Assembly: GCA_965219685.1 (NCBI GenBank)
Contig: CBDCOH010000002.1
Span: 1,344,001-1,408,000, forward strand
Direction of reading: 5' to 3'
DNA: 64,000 bases
Origin: Candidatus Spongiisociaceae bacterium
Lineage (GTDB): Bacteria > Actinomycetota > Acidimicrobiia > Spongiisociales > Spongiisociaceae
Position 1 is the stretch's first letter. Each line of letters begins with the position of its first letter. This document shows, piece by piece, positions 9,951-19,413 of this stretch. A program made the translations under genes and the position numbers. The notes under the pieces were generated by a model, which searched no databases, was not told the DNA's origin, and saw only the letters and a program-made list of their open reading frames with translations.

Positions 9951-11210
9951 TCATGCTTCCCAGAGCATCTTGAGTGGCATGGCGAACAGCCCGTAGTCCA
10001 CCTGTTGGACTTGCTCGGCGTCGTGGAGCAGGACGCCGCACGCGAACGATTCGCCTGCGGATTGCCTGAGGCGTCTCAATCCTCGGAAGTCTCGCGGGCG
10101 GACGGTCGCCGCTGCCTTTATCTCGATGCCGACCACCGCTCCGGGCGAACGTTCCAGGACGAGATCGACCTCGACACCGTCCTTGTCCCGGTAATGACTG
10201 ACGGCAGTCGTCTCGTCAGACAGGGCGATGGCCTTGGCCAGTTCCCCGTGCGCGAAGCACTCGAAGAGTGGTCCCAGCATTCTGCGGTCTGCGGCGAGCC
10301 CGGCGGCGTCAGCGCGTAGCAGTGTGGCCAACAGGCCGGAATCCAGAAAGTGCAGCTTCGGGGCCTTGACGAGCCGCTTGACCTCGCGGTGATGCCAAGC
10401 CCGAACGCGCCGGACCAGGAACATGTGCTCGAGCAGGACGAGCCACCGGTCCACCGTCTTGCTGTCCACGCCAAGACGCGAAGCGAGGCTCGACACGTTG
10501 AGCAGACTCCCTGCCGACAGGACCGCATGGTCCACCAGGCGCGCCAACTCATCGCTCTTGCGGACAGAAGCGATGTCGAGGACGTCCCGCGAAACGACCG
10601 ATCGCGCATAGGAGCGCAGCCAGGCGTTACGCCGGGCTGATTTCGGCCGGGAGAGGGCCTCGGGAAAGCCGCCGGACACGACCTTTTCTACCAAGCCGAA
10701 GGTAGGTCCGGTCTGTTCGAGGCTGGGAAAGTCGCCGTCAAACGCCCGGTCCAGGAAGCGTGGCGGGGAGAGGCCCGCGATCTCCGCCTGTGACAAGGGA
10801 AGAAGCTCGATGGTTTCGACCCGCCCGGCCAGGGAATCCGGCGAGATCGACCCCCGAAAGAGGTCGACCGAACCGGTGATCAGGAAGCGTCCGGGGCGGT
10901 TGTCCTCGTCTACGGCTCTCTTGAGAGCCAGGATGAGATCCGGCGAGCGTTGGACCTCGTCGATCACCACCTTGTCCAGGCCGCGGACAAACCCGACGGG
11001 GTCGTCGCGGGCGAAGCGTCTCGACTGCTCGTCGTCCAGGGTGATGAAGGGACGATCGTCGTGTTCTGCGATGCGCCGGACGAGGGTCGTCTTGCCGGAC
11101 TGGCGTGGCCCCACCACTGCGACGATCCGGGTGTCGGTGAGCGCCACACGGATCCGAGCCACCGCGTGCCGGGTGACGAACTCCCCGGCTGCGAGCGTCT
11201 GATACGGCAT
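9951..11210 (-). CDS. AAA_14/DUF4143 ATP-binding protein
   Basis: GPRQSGKTT, VIDEVQR, FLITGS, KAPKLHFLDSGL, YRDKDGVEVDLVLE..GIEIKA; start placed at MPYQTL. Confidence 0.9.
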   Translation of the reverse strand: MPYQTLAAGEFVTRHAVARIRVALTDTRIVAVVGPRQSGKTTLVRRIAEHDDRPFITLDDEQSRRFARDDPVGFVRGLDKVVIDEVQRSPDLILALKRAVDEDNRPGRFLITGSVDLFRGSISPDSLAGRVETIELLPLSQAEIAGLSPPRFLDRAFDGDFPSLEQTGPTFGLVEKVVSGGFPEALSRPKSARRNAWLRSYARSVVSRDVLDIASVRKSDELARLVDHAVLSAGSLLNVSSLASRLGVDSKTVDRWLVLLEHMFLVRRVRAWHHREVKRLVKAPKLHFLDSGLLATLLRADAAGLAADRRMLGPLFECFAHGELAKAIALSDETTAVSHYRDKDGVEVDLVLERSPGAVVGIEIKAAATVRPRDFRGLRRLRQSAGESFACGVLLHDAEQVQQVDYGLFAMPLKMLWEA

Positions 11211-11216
11211 GGGTGA

Positions 11217-11255
11217 CCGTCCAATTCGGAATAGAACCCCGTCCAATTCGGAATA
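11217..11255 (-). promoter_or_regulatory. 17-bp direct repeat (22-bp period) over the putative promoter of the AAA/DUF4143 gene
   Basis: CCGTCCAATTCGGAATA at 11217-11233 and 11239-11255; minus-strand TATATT at 11252-11257. Confidence 0.6.
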
Positions 11256-11357
11256 TACCACCGAGTGGAGCTTCCACGAGTCAACACTCACGAGCTACGA
11301 CAGGGCGAGTTCGCGTCATGGCATCAAGGTGACGCCCCTTGGCTGCAGGATGGATGT

Positions 11358-11371
11358 GGCTACAAGTAGCC
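11358..11371 (+). promoter_or_regulatory. Palindromic operator upstream of the Phd antitoxin
   Basis: GGCTAC-AA-GTAGCC. Confidence 0.55.
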
Positions 11372-11393
11372 TGAGGGTTCTAGGAGGGGTGAG

Positions 11394-11654
11394 ATGCCGG
11401 AAGTCGGAATCAGGGTCCTGCGAGACAAACTCAACTGGTACATCAGCAGGGTGCGGGAAGGGGAGGAGGTGGTGGTCACCGACCACGGCAAGGCCGTGGC
11501 TCGTATCGTGCCGATCGACAGGCCCGGTCTGATTGAGCCGCTCGTAGCTGAAGGAGTGGTCACGCCTCCCCTCGACAGGGAGCGCACTCCGCTTCGTAGG
11601 CGAATCACACTGACAGCTCCCGTATCTCCCATGATCATCGAAGATCGGCGGTGA
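11394..11654 (+). CDS. Phd/YefM family antitoxin
   Basis: EVGIRVLRDKLNWYISRVREGEEVVVTDHGKAVARIVP. Confidence 0.88.
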   Translation: MPEVGIRVLRDKLNWYISRVREGEEVVVTDHGKAVARIVPIDRPGLIEPLVAEGVVTPPLDRERTPLRRRITLTAPVSPMIIEDRR

Positions 11655-11683
11655 TCGCCTGCTTCGACCGTGCTCACTGCTAG
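11651..11683 (+). pseudogene. Stub of VapC/PIN toxin
   Basis: GTGA-coupled to the antitoxin; reads VIACFD (compare PIN N-terminus MIAYFDTS) and stops 4 codons later. Confidence 0.55.
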
Positions 11684-11731
11684 AGCGTCGCTTCCAACGA
11701 CTCTATCGAGCAGTGTGGCGACTTCATCCAA
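11670..11731 (-). pseudogene. Stub of probable HEPN toxin
   Basis: Directly downstream of MNT; MDEVATLLDRV resembles a HEPN N-terminal helix; frame then runs antisense into the Phd gene. Confidence 0.4.
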
Positions 11732-11737
11732 AGTACG

Positions 11738-12112
11738 TCACGGGACCGTGATGGCCTCGGCTCTCACGCTCCGGTAGAAGGTCGTATCCCAGGTCCGCAC
11801 CTGCTCGACGGAGGACGCGTACAGCGATACCAGGCACCAGATAGACGATCGCGTAGCGAGGTCGATGTGGACGAATTTGCCCAGCTGCTCGCGGATCGGG
11901 TCGCGCCGGAGCGCCGCCGACTTCTTCACCAGCAGGATGTCGAGGTCCGACTCTGGGCACTGATCTCCTCGGGCCCGCGAGCCGTACAGCAACACATCGA
12001 CCAACTCGTCGCCGTACAACTCCCGAGCCTTGCCGGCCACCACCGCGGCTGCTTCGAGAGCATGTTCAACCGTAGGCCAGGGATCCTCGAATGCCCATTC
12101 GGTTTCTGCCAT
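11738..12112 (-). CDS. Minimal nucleotidyltransferase (MNT antitoxin)
   Basis: LLYGSRARGDQCPESDLDILLV (GSx10DxD). Confidence 0.88.
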   Translation of the reverse strand: MAETEWAFEDPWPTVEHALEAAAVVAGKARELYGDELVDVLLYGSRARGDQCPESDLDILLVKKSAALRRDPIREQLGKFVHIDLATRSSIWCLVSLYASSVEQVRTWDTTFYRSVRAEAITVP

Positions 12113-12294
12113 GTTTCTCACGATACCCGGCGTGCGGGACATAGGCGTACACGGTATCTCGCGGCGCCAAGTCCGGTTGGAGACCGTCGCATCCACCAGA
12201 CTCGAAGCAGGGGAGGATCACCAGAGGGCGTTCGTGTCACATGCTGCCCTTAAGATGCCCGGATCATGAGGTCCTGCGAGATGGTGATTGCCGG

Positions 12295-12582
12295 ATGAGT
12301 TCGATTCACGAGGCTGCGTTCGAGGCTCACATCGTCGGATGGCTGGTAGAGCACGGCGGCTACCGGCGGGTGAAGACCACCAGCGAGGGCTACGAGTCCG
12401 ACTTCGACGGTAGTGCCGGGGTGGACACGGCCGACCTGTTCGAGTTCATTGCCGCCACCCAGGCCGAGCAGTGGGACAAGCTGGTGGACTCCGGCTACGG
12501 CGGGCATCCGGTCGTCGATAGGGCGAAGTTAGTGCAGCAGTTGGATTCTCAGCTCGACAAGCGCTATCACGAGGGCCCGTGA
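12295..12582 (+). pseudogene. Truncated duplicate of the hsdR 5' end
   Basis: About 90 aa collinear with the HsdR N-terminus (EAAFEAHI...HGGYRRVK...SEGYESDFDG...QLDKR), then YHEGP-stop. Confidence 0.9.
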
Positions 12583-12613
12583 CCGGGGATTTGGACGGAA
12601 GGAAGGCGCGAGC

Positions 12614-13495
12614 GTGATGAGTCCTTATGTTCTCACCATTCGGGTGGTTTCTGGAGAACCCAATGGTGTCAGAGTGGTGGGTAAGTCGAATTGGACTGGC
12701 CGAGGAGTGACCTTTGCCCGTTCTGATCTGACAGCCGCCCGTGAGCATCTCTCTTCGCCGGGGATCTACCTGCTGATCGGCGATGATCCTGAAGGTGGCT
12801 TCGATGAACAGGTCTATGTGGGTCAGGCTGAGAAGGTCGGTACGCGACTCGGACAGCATCAGTCGAGTGACGGTATGGAGTTCTGGACGCAGACCGTGGT
12901 GTTCGTGTCGAAGGACGAGAGTCTGAATCGGGCACACATCCTGTACATCGAGTCCCTCCTCCTCGACCATGCCGACATAGCAGGGCGAGTCCGGATTGCT
13001 AACAAGACCAGGCCTCCTGCACCGACCCTATCCGAGAACACTCGCGTTGAGGCGGAGGGTTTCCTATCAGAGATGCTGACGATCCTGCCCGTACTAGGGG
13101 TGAGCGCCTTCCACAAGCCCAGTACTCCTACATCCGAGAGTCACCGTATCTACTACTTGACAGGTCTAGACGCGGCGGGCGAGGGCGTGGATCAGTCTGA
13201 TGGGTTCCTGGTGCTGGAGGGAGCGAAGGCTCGGGTCCAAGCTGTCCGTTCAATTGACAACGGTTATGGGCTCCTGCGCAAGCAGCTGCTCGATCAGGGT
13301 GCCTTCTTAAAGGAGGGCGGCGCGTACCGGTTGGTCAAAGACCATCTCTTTTCGTCGCCTAGCGCGGCGGCAGCGGCCCTACTCGGCCGTAACGCCAACG
13401 GCCGGACCGAGTGGAAAGACGCCGACGGCGTAACCCTCAAAGACCATCAAAGCGCCGACGCGGGACCAGCCCTCGACGAGAATGCAGACGAGTGA
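12614..13495 (+). CDS. GIY-YIG nuclease family protein with C-terminal DUF4357
   Basis: PGIYLLIG...VYVGQAE..GTRLGQH; C-terminal FSSPSAAAAALLGRNANGRTEWK; GTGA-coupled to hsdR. Confidence 0.88.
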   Translation: MMSPYVLTIRVVSGEPNGVRVVGKSNWTGRGVTFARSDLTAAREHLSSPGIYLLIGDDPEGGFDEQVYVGQAEKVGTRLGQHQSSDGMEFWTQTVVFVSKDESLNRAHILYIESLLLDHADIAGRVRIANKTRPPAPTLSENTRVEAEGFLSEMLTILPVLGVSAFHKPSTPTSESHRIYYLTGLDAAGEGVDQSDGFLVLEGAKARVQAVRSIDNGYGLLRKQLLDQGAFLKEGGAYRLVKDHLFSSPSAAAAALLGRNANGRTEWKDADGVTLKDHQSADAGPALDENADE

Positions 13496-16400
13496 TCGCG
13501 GTAACCGAAGCTGCGTTCGAGGCTCACATCGCCGGGTTCCTGGTCGAGCACGGCGGCTACCGGCGGGTGAAGGTCGGCAGCGAGGGCTACGAGTCCGACT
13601 TCGACGGGGCGGCCGGGGTGGACACCGCCGACCTGTTCAAGTTCATCGCGACCACCCAGGCGGAGCGGTGGGACAAGTTGGTCGACTCGGGGTACGGCGG
13701 GGATCCGGTCGTCGCGAGGGCGAAGTTCGTGCAGCGGTTGGCTTCGCAGCTCGACAAGCGGGGAACGGTGGACGTGCTGCGGCGGGGGGTCACCGACTAC
13801 AACGTGAGGTTCCGCCTGGCCTACTTCAAGCCGGGCCACGGACTCGCTCCAGAGCTGTTGGAGCGGTACGAGGCCAACGTCTTGTCGGTCACCCGGCAGT
13901 TTCGCTACCAACCCGGGAGCAACAAGACCATCGACCTCGGCCTGTTCGTGAACGGCGTCCCGGTGGCGACCGCCGAATTGAAGAACCCGTTGACCGGCCA
14001 GAGCGTGGAACATGCGATGTTGCAGTACCGCAATGACCGGGACCCGAAGAACCGGACGCTCAAGCGGGTGGGGATGGTGCATTTCGCCGTGGATCCGTAC
14101 TCGGCGATGATGACCACCCATCTGGCGGGCAAGCAGACCCGGTTCTTGCCGTTCAACCAGGGCCACGATCTGGGGGCGGGGAATCCTCCCAACCCGGACG
14201 GGCACCGGACGTCATACCTGTGGGAGCGGGTGTGGTCCCGGGATGCGTGGATGGACATCCTGGGTCGCTTCATCCATGTCGAGAAGCCGTCGAAGGGTTC
14301 CAAGAAGCGTCCGACGGTGATCTTCCCCCGGTTCCACCAGTGGGACGCCGTCCGCCGCTTGGAGGCCGACGCCAGGGCGACCGGGGCGGGGCGCAACTAT
14401 CTGGTGCAGCACTCGGCCGGGTCGGGCAAGTCGAACTCGATCGCCTGGCTGGCCCACCGGTTCTCGTCGTTGCACAACGAAGCCGATCAGAAGGTGTTCG
14501 ACAAGGTGGTGGTGATCACCGACCGGATCATCCTCGACCGTCAACTGCAAGACGTGATCGGCCAGTTCGAGCACGCCATCGGCGTCGTGGAGTCGATAGA
14601 CAAGGACGCCGGCCAGTTGGCCAAAGCGCTGGCGGGTGAGCAGGCCCGGATCATCGTCACTACCCTCCAGAAGTTCCCGTTCGTTTTCAATCACATCGCG
14701 TCGTTGCCGGAACGCACCTATGCGGTGATCGTGGACGAGGCCCATTCATCGCAGACCGGAGAAGCGGCCAAGGACCTCCGCCGGCTTCTCGGCGTGGCCG
14801 AGGTAGACATCGGCGATGACGCCACGGATACGGAGACGTTGCTGGCCGACGCAGTGGCGGCTCGGGGTCGGCAGCCGAACCTGTCGTTCTTCGCGTTCAC
14901 GGCCACTCCCAAGGGTCGGACCCTGGAGTTGTTCGGCCAGGAGGATCCAGAGGACGGCAAGCACCATCCGTTCCACCTGTACCCGATGCGCCAGGCCATC
15001 CAGGAGGGCTTCATCGAGGACGTGCTGGCCAACTACCTCACCTACAACCGCTATTACCACCTCGAGAAGACCCTGCTAGAGGACCCCAAGTACGAGACGG
15101 CCAAGGCCCGTGCCGCGCTGGCCCGTTTCGTCAACCTCCACCCCGACAACCTGGGGCAGAGGGCCGACATCGTCGTCGAGCACTTCCTGGACAAGATCGC
15201 CCACCGGATGAAGAGGAAGGCAAAGGCGATGGTGGTCTGCTCATCCCGGCCTCACGCGGTGGGAATGTGGAAGGCGCTCCGCAAGCACATCAAACACAAC
15301 GGCTACGACCTAGGGGTCTTGGTGGCGTTCTCCGGGGAGGTGGAGAGCCTGACCGAGACCAAGGCCAACGGCTTTCCTGAATCCGAGACCGCCACCCGCT
15401 TCGATGGCGACGAGTATCAGATCATGGTGGTGGCCGAGAAGTTCCAGACCGGCTTCGACCAGCCCAAGCTGGTAGCCATGTACGTCGACAAGACCCTGAG
15501 CGACCTCGCCGCGGTGCAGACGTTGTCCCGTCTCAACCGGACCCACCCGGACAAGGACGGCACGTTCGTCCTGGACTTCGTCAACGACACCGATGACATC
15601 CGCGACGCCTTCGCCGTCTATCACGGCAAGACCGTGGCGCCACCCACCGACCCGAACCTGATGTTCGACACCCGCGACGCGCTCAACGAATTCCACATTC
15701 TGGACCCCGGCGAGATGCAGCAGGTCGCCGTGCTCATCCTGGACAGGGGAAGCAACCACGCACAGATCCACGCCGCCATGCAGCCCACGGTCGAACGTTT
15801 CAAAGCCTTGGACGAAGAGGACCAGGACATGTTCCGGGACGCCCTCACCCGCTTCGTGCGCGTCTACGGATTTCTCGCCCAGATCGTGAAGTTCTCCAAC
15901 GTGGAGCTCGAACGCGACTACATCTTCTGCCGCGCGTTGGCGAGGCTCATACGCGGCAAGCCCGGCGAGGGCATCGACCTGGGCGACGAGGTCGAACTCA
16001 CCCATCTCCGCCACGACAAGATCTTCGATGGCTCCATCTCCCTCTCCGCCTCCGAAGGTGAGGTCCAGACGATCTACTCCGGTGACGGACGCCTGGTTGA
16101 CCCCGATGAGGAACTCCTGTCGGAGATCATCGCCCGCATCAACGAACTGCACGGCACCGACTGGACCGACGACGACCGACTCGTCTTCGATACCGCCGCC
16201 AACGCCCTGGTCAAGGACGAGCACATCCAGGACCAAGCCGTCAACAACGACGAAGCCACCTTCCGCGACCACGTCTTCGCCGGCGAGTTCGAAAAGGCGC
16301 TGGTGTCCAGGGCGGACCGCTTCGGGGAAGTCGTCTACACCTACCTCGACAACAAGCAGATGCAGGCGGCAGTTATTGCTGTCTACGCGGCCAAGGTCCA

Positions 16401-16944
16401 GAAACAGGCCATCGTCGCGAAGCAGCAGACCTGCCCCATCGGCGACCTGCTCGGCCCCGACCGCGAGTCCCTCTACCTTGAGTACAAGTCCACCCTCCGC
16501 TGGGACATCAAGCAACAGCAGAAGTCCAAGCACATCGAGACCGCCGCCATCAAGACCATCGCCGGCTTCGCCAACTCCCCCTACGGAGGCACCCTCCTGA
16601 TCGGAGTAGGCGACGACGGCTCCGTCCACGGCCTCGAAGACGACTACAACACCTTCTCGAAGTACGGCCAACAAGGCAACCACGACCTCTGGGGCCAACA
16701 CCTCCAGAACCTCATCCGCAGCCGCCTAGGCGACTACGCCCTCTCCCTGGTCACCTGGCAGTTCCACAAAGTCAACGGCCAAGACCTAGCCCGCATCCAC
16801 GTCGATCCCTCAACCCACCCCATCTACGACCACAAGGGCCAGGCCGAGACCTTCTGGCACCGTACCCCCGTCAGCACGCTCGCCATCACCGACGACAACG
16901 AACGCGCCCACATCATCGCCGCCCGCTGGGGCAGCAGTGCGTGA
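13492..16944 (+). CDS. hsdR: Type I restriction endonuclease subunit R with C-terminal Schlafen/AlbA_2 domain
   Basis: IDLGLFVNGVPVATAELKN, HSAGSGKS, VDEAH, FTATP, QTGFD, QTLSRLNR; then RESLYLEYKSTLRWD...KTIAGFANSPYGGTLLIGVGDDG. Confidence 0.95.
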   Translation: MIAVTEAAFEAHIAGFLVEHGGYRRVKVGSEGYESDFDGAAGVDTADLFKFIATTQAERWDKLVDSGYGGDPVVARAKFVQRLASQLDKRGTVDVLRRGVTDYNVRFRLAYFKPGHGLAPELLERYEANVLSVTRQFRYQPGSNKTIDLGLFVNGVPVATAELKNPLTGQSVEHAMLQYRNDRDPKNRTLKRVGMVHFAVDPYSAMMTTHLAGKQTRFLPFNQGHDLGAGNPPNPDGHRTSYLWERVWSRDAWMDILGRFIHVEKPSKGSKKRPTVIFPRFHQWDAVRRLEADARATGAGRNYLVQHSAGSGKSNSIAWLAHRFSSLHNEADQKVFDKVVVITDRIILDRQLQDVIGQFEHAIGVVESIDKDAGQLAKALAGEQARIIVTTLQKFPFVFNHIASLPERTYAVIVDEAHSSQTGEAAKDLRRLLGVAEVDIGDDATDTETLLADAVAARGRQPNLSFFAFTATPKGRTLELFGQEDPEDGKHHPFHLYPMRQAIQEGFIEDVLANYLTYNRYYHLEKTLLEDPKYETAKARAALARFVNLHPDNLGQRADIVVEHFLDKIAHRMKRKAKAMVVCSSRPHAVGMWKALRKHIKHNGYDLGVLVAFSGEVESLTETKANGFPESETATRFDGDEYQIMVVAEKFQTGFDQPKLVAMYVDKTLSDLAAVQTLSRLNRTHPDKDGTFVLDFVNDTDDIRDAFAVYHGKTVAPPTDPNLMFDTRDALNEFHILDPGEMQQVAVLILDRGSNHAQIHAAMQPTVERFKALDEEDQDMFRDALTRFVRVYGFLAQIVKFSNVELERDYIFCRALARLIRGKPGEGIDLGDEVELTHLRHDKIFDGSISLSASEGEVQTIYSGDGRLVDPDEELLSEIIARINELHGTDWTDDDRLVFDTAANALVKDEHIQDQAVNNDEATFRDHVFAGEFEKALVSRADRFGEVVYTYLDNKQMQAAVIAVYAAKVQKQAIVAKQQTCPIGDLLGPDRESLYLEYKSTLRWDIKQQQKSKHIETAAIKTIAGFANSPYGGTLLIGVGDDGSVHGLEDDYNTFSKYGQQGNHDLWGQHLQNLIRSRLGDYALSLVTWQFHKVNGQDLARIHVDPSTHPIYDHKGQAETFWHRTPVSTLAITDDNERAHIIAARWGSSA

Positions 16945-17541
16945 CGGAAGCGCACAGATGGTCGACAACACACCGGCCGATGCCCCAACACAGTCCCTCG
17001 GTATGTACGAGCAACAACCATCCTCCCTTTATCACAACCTGCGTATGCCGTATCGGACCTGTTCGCAAGGGATCTAGTCAGTGACAGGCTTCCGGCCATG
17101 TCGAATGGCACATGGGCTAGTACGGCGAGGTCGCTCGGCCTCTCCGGCGGGCCGCTGAGGTCACGACCTCGGCAACTGACGACTAGCCATCTGCGCCAAC
17201 CGCCCTGCTCCCGTAAGTCTGGGAAGTAGACGCCTTACGGCTACTCGGTGCCTGTGGCTGAATCCCGGCTTCGGCCCAATACGCTGACACCGACCTACCC
17301 ACAGAACCAAGCCCCCACCTCGGGACAGCATCACGCCACCATTGGGCTCTCACAGTCTACGAAGAGGACGCTGACCAGCCATGCAACGCGGTCCTCACCT
17401 ACGGAGTCGCCGCCAGTGGCTAACATGGTCAAACCGGCCGTGCAACTGCGCGATTCGAGACGCGACAGGTGCGGCGGATGCGATCCGAACGAGTATGTTT
17501 GAAGATCCGCGGTCTTCCTCCCGGCGAAAGGATCGGTAACA

Positions 17542-19215
17542 TTGAAAGCCCGAGTTAGCTTCGAACAAGTCGGTATCGGTAGCCTATTAAAGCATAACCT
17601 CCTTCGAGTACCTCCGAACCAGCGCGACTACGCTTGGACTGAACGCGAGGTGGAACAGCTCTTTACAGACATCGCACTGGCGATCGGGAATGACGACGAC
17701 TACTTCCTTGGTACCATCGTAACCATCCCACGGCAAGCTACTCTAGAGGTCGTCGATGGCCAGCAGCGACTCGCGACTACCGCGATTCTCCTGTCCGCTA
17801 TACGCCTATACATGAAGGAACTTAGCGAGGACATTCTCGAGCAAGCAATACGCGAGTTTCTGATAGGTATCGACCGTCACCGACGGGAGCTCGTACCCCG
17901 AATGACGCTGAACTCCACCGATCACGATCTCTTCCGGGCAATCGTCACGAACGGCGGTGAGGACAATCTACCTCAGCCAAGCCTTGAGTCACAACGGTTG
18001 TTATTGGATGCATATAGCCACGCGCGCAAATATGTGGATAATATTGTTAGCACCCACCAATTACGTGACCATGGTGACCGCCTAAACACGTGGGTTACCT
18101 TCCTCGAAGCAAGGGCGAGTGTTATACTCCTCAAGGTCCCTGATGACTCGGACGCCTATCGGATGTTCGAGACACTCAACGATCGCGGCTTACGTACTTC
18201 ACAGGCCGACCTTATAAAGAATTTCCTGTTTGGCCGTGCAGGCGACCGAATTACTGAAGTCCAAAATTCATGGTCATTCATGCGAGGTACACTTGAGACC
18301 ATAAACGAACGCGACATTACGGTGACCTTCCTTCGCCAGGCACTGATACTTTTGCATGGGCATCTCAGAACATCCGACGTCTACAGTAAAGTCCAAGAGA
18401 CTATCAATTCGGAGAGTTCAGCCGTTAGATTTGCCTCGGATCTTGATTGGCTCGCTACAACATATGCGGCAACTCTCAATCCTGAACACAAGAAATGGAA
18501 CCCTCTTCCTCCTCAAGCTAGAGAAGCCATCCGTGTGTTTAACGTACTCAACATTCGACCACTCAGACCAACAGTGCTAGCTTCTGGTGCTCGGATAGCA
18601 GATCCGACTGAGCTAGCCAACGTTCTACAGTTCCTGCTCTCTTTAGGCGTTCGTCTGCTCATCGCTTCGTCTACGAGGAGCCAGGCTGTGGAGATGCCAC
18701 TTGCTAACGCGGCCCACTTTTTGTGGACCGGAGCGATAACGACTGCCGACCAACTCAGGAATTCGCTGAAATCTATAACTCCAAGCGATAGGGTTTTTCG
18801 AACGGCGTGTGAAACCGTGCGAGTCTGGAACGCACGTCTAGCACGTTACTATCTGAGGTCACTTGAGACAGCTGCTAAGGACGAGGACGAGCCGTGGTTC
18901 ATTCCTATTGACGACCCGACAATTGTTAATTTAGAGCATGTGCTGCCAAAGAGGCCTGGCACGAATTGGCCCCTGTTTAATGAGGATGAAGTACGCCTAT
19001 ATAGCAGTAGACTGGGCAATTTGACGCTAATGCACGCTCGCGAGAATAGTACCGTTCGTAGTGGCTCCTTCGACGAAAAGAAGCCCCTCTTCAGTCAGTC
19101 ACCATACATATTGACTAGCCAAGTGGCTAGGTATCCGGAGTGGACTGTTGAGGCGATCAACGCGCGGCAAGTGGAGTTAGCTCAACTAGCGCCCAAGGCT
19201 TGGCCCATCCGATAG
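17542..19215 (+). CDS. GmrSD-like DUF262-DUF1524 (HNH) protein
   Basis: VPPNQRDYAW, VVDGQQRL, FETLNDRG, NLEHVLPK, LGNLTL; visibly lower GC than flanks. Confidence 0.9.
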   Translation: MKARVSFEQVGIGSLLKHNLLRVPPNQRDYAWTEREVEQLFTDIALAIGNDDDYFLGTIVTIPRQATLEVVDGQQRLATTAILLSAIRLYMKELSEDILEQAIREFLIGIDRHRRELVPRMTLNSTDHDLFRAIVTNGGEDNLPQPSLESQRLLLDAYSHARKYVDNIVSTHQLRDHGDRLNTWVTFLEARASVILLKVPDDSDAYRMFETLNDRGLRTSQADLIKNFLFGRAGDRITEVQNSWSFMRGTLETINERDITVTFLRQALILLHGHLRTSDVYSKVQETINSESSAVRFASDLDWLATTYAATLNPEHKKWNPLPPQAREAIRVFNVLNIRPLRPTVLASGARIADPTELANVLQFLLSLGVRLLIASSTRSQAVEMPLANAAHFLWTGAITTADQLRNSLKSITPSDRVFRTACETVRVWNARLARYYLRSLETAAKDEDEPWFIPIDDPTIVNLEHVLPKRPGTNWPLFNEDEVRLYSSRLGNLTLMHARENSTVRSGSFDEKKPLFSQSPYILTSQVARYPEWTVEAINARQVELAQLAPKAWPIR

Positions 19216-19234
19216 CAGGATCGCCACCCAGCGC

Positions 19235-19413
19235 TCTAGACAGGACGGAGTGGTCTGCGAGGGCTGCGCCGTGGACTGGGTCGACGTTCGCCACACCTCG
19301 GCTGCTGTCGATCATGGCAAAATGCGTCGCTGTCTTGCGCGAAGCTATCCAGAAGGTGACGTCATCTGGGACTTCGGCGAAGGTTCCGCCCAGGCCGAAC
19401 ATCATGCAGGGGC
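19235..19413 (-). pseudogene. Degenerate fragment of the acyl-CoA ligase ATP-grasp subunit gene (copy of 27748-27926)
   Basis: MFGLGGTFAEVPDDVTFWIA vs MFGLGGIFTEVLDDVCFRIA; 27/28 nt identity at 19386-19413 vs 27899-27926. Confidence 0.8.

Noticed and set aside
16945-17541. 600-bp gap between hsdR and GmrSD with small hairpins (such as CCGTAAG...CTTACGG) as an ncRNA or retron-like element
   Set aside because: No reverse transcriptase nearby, no recognisable RNA motif, and the short ORFs there have no motifs.
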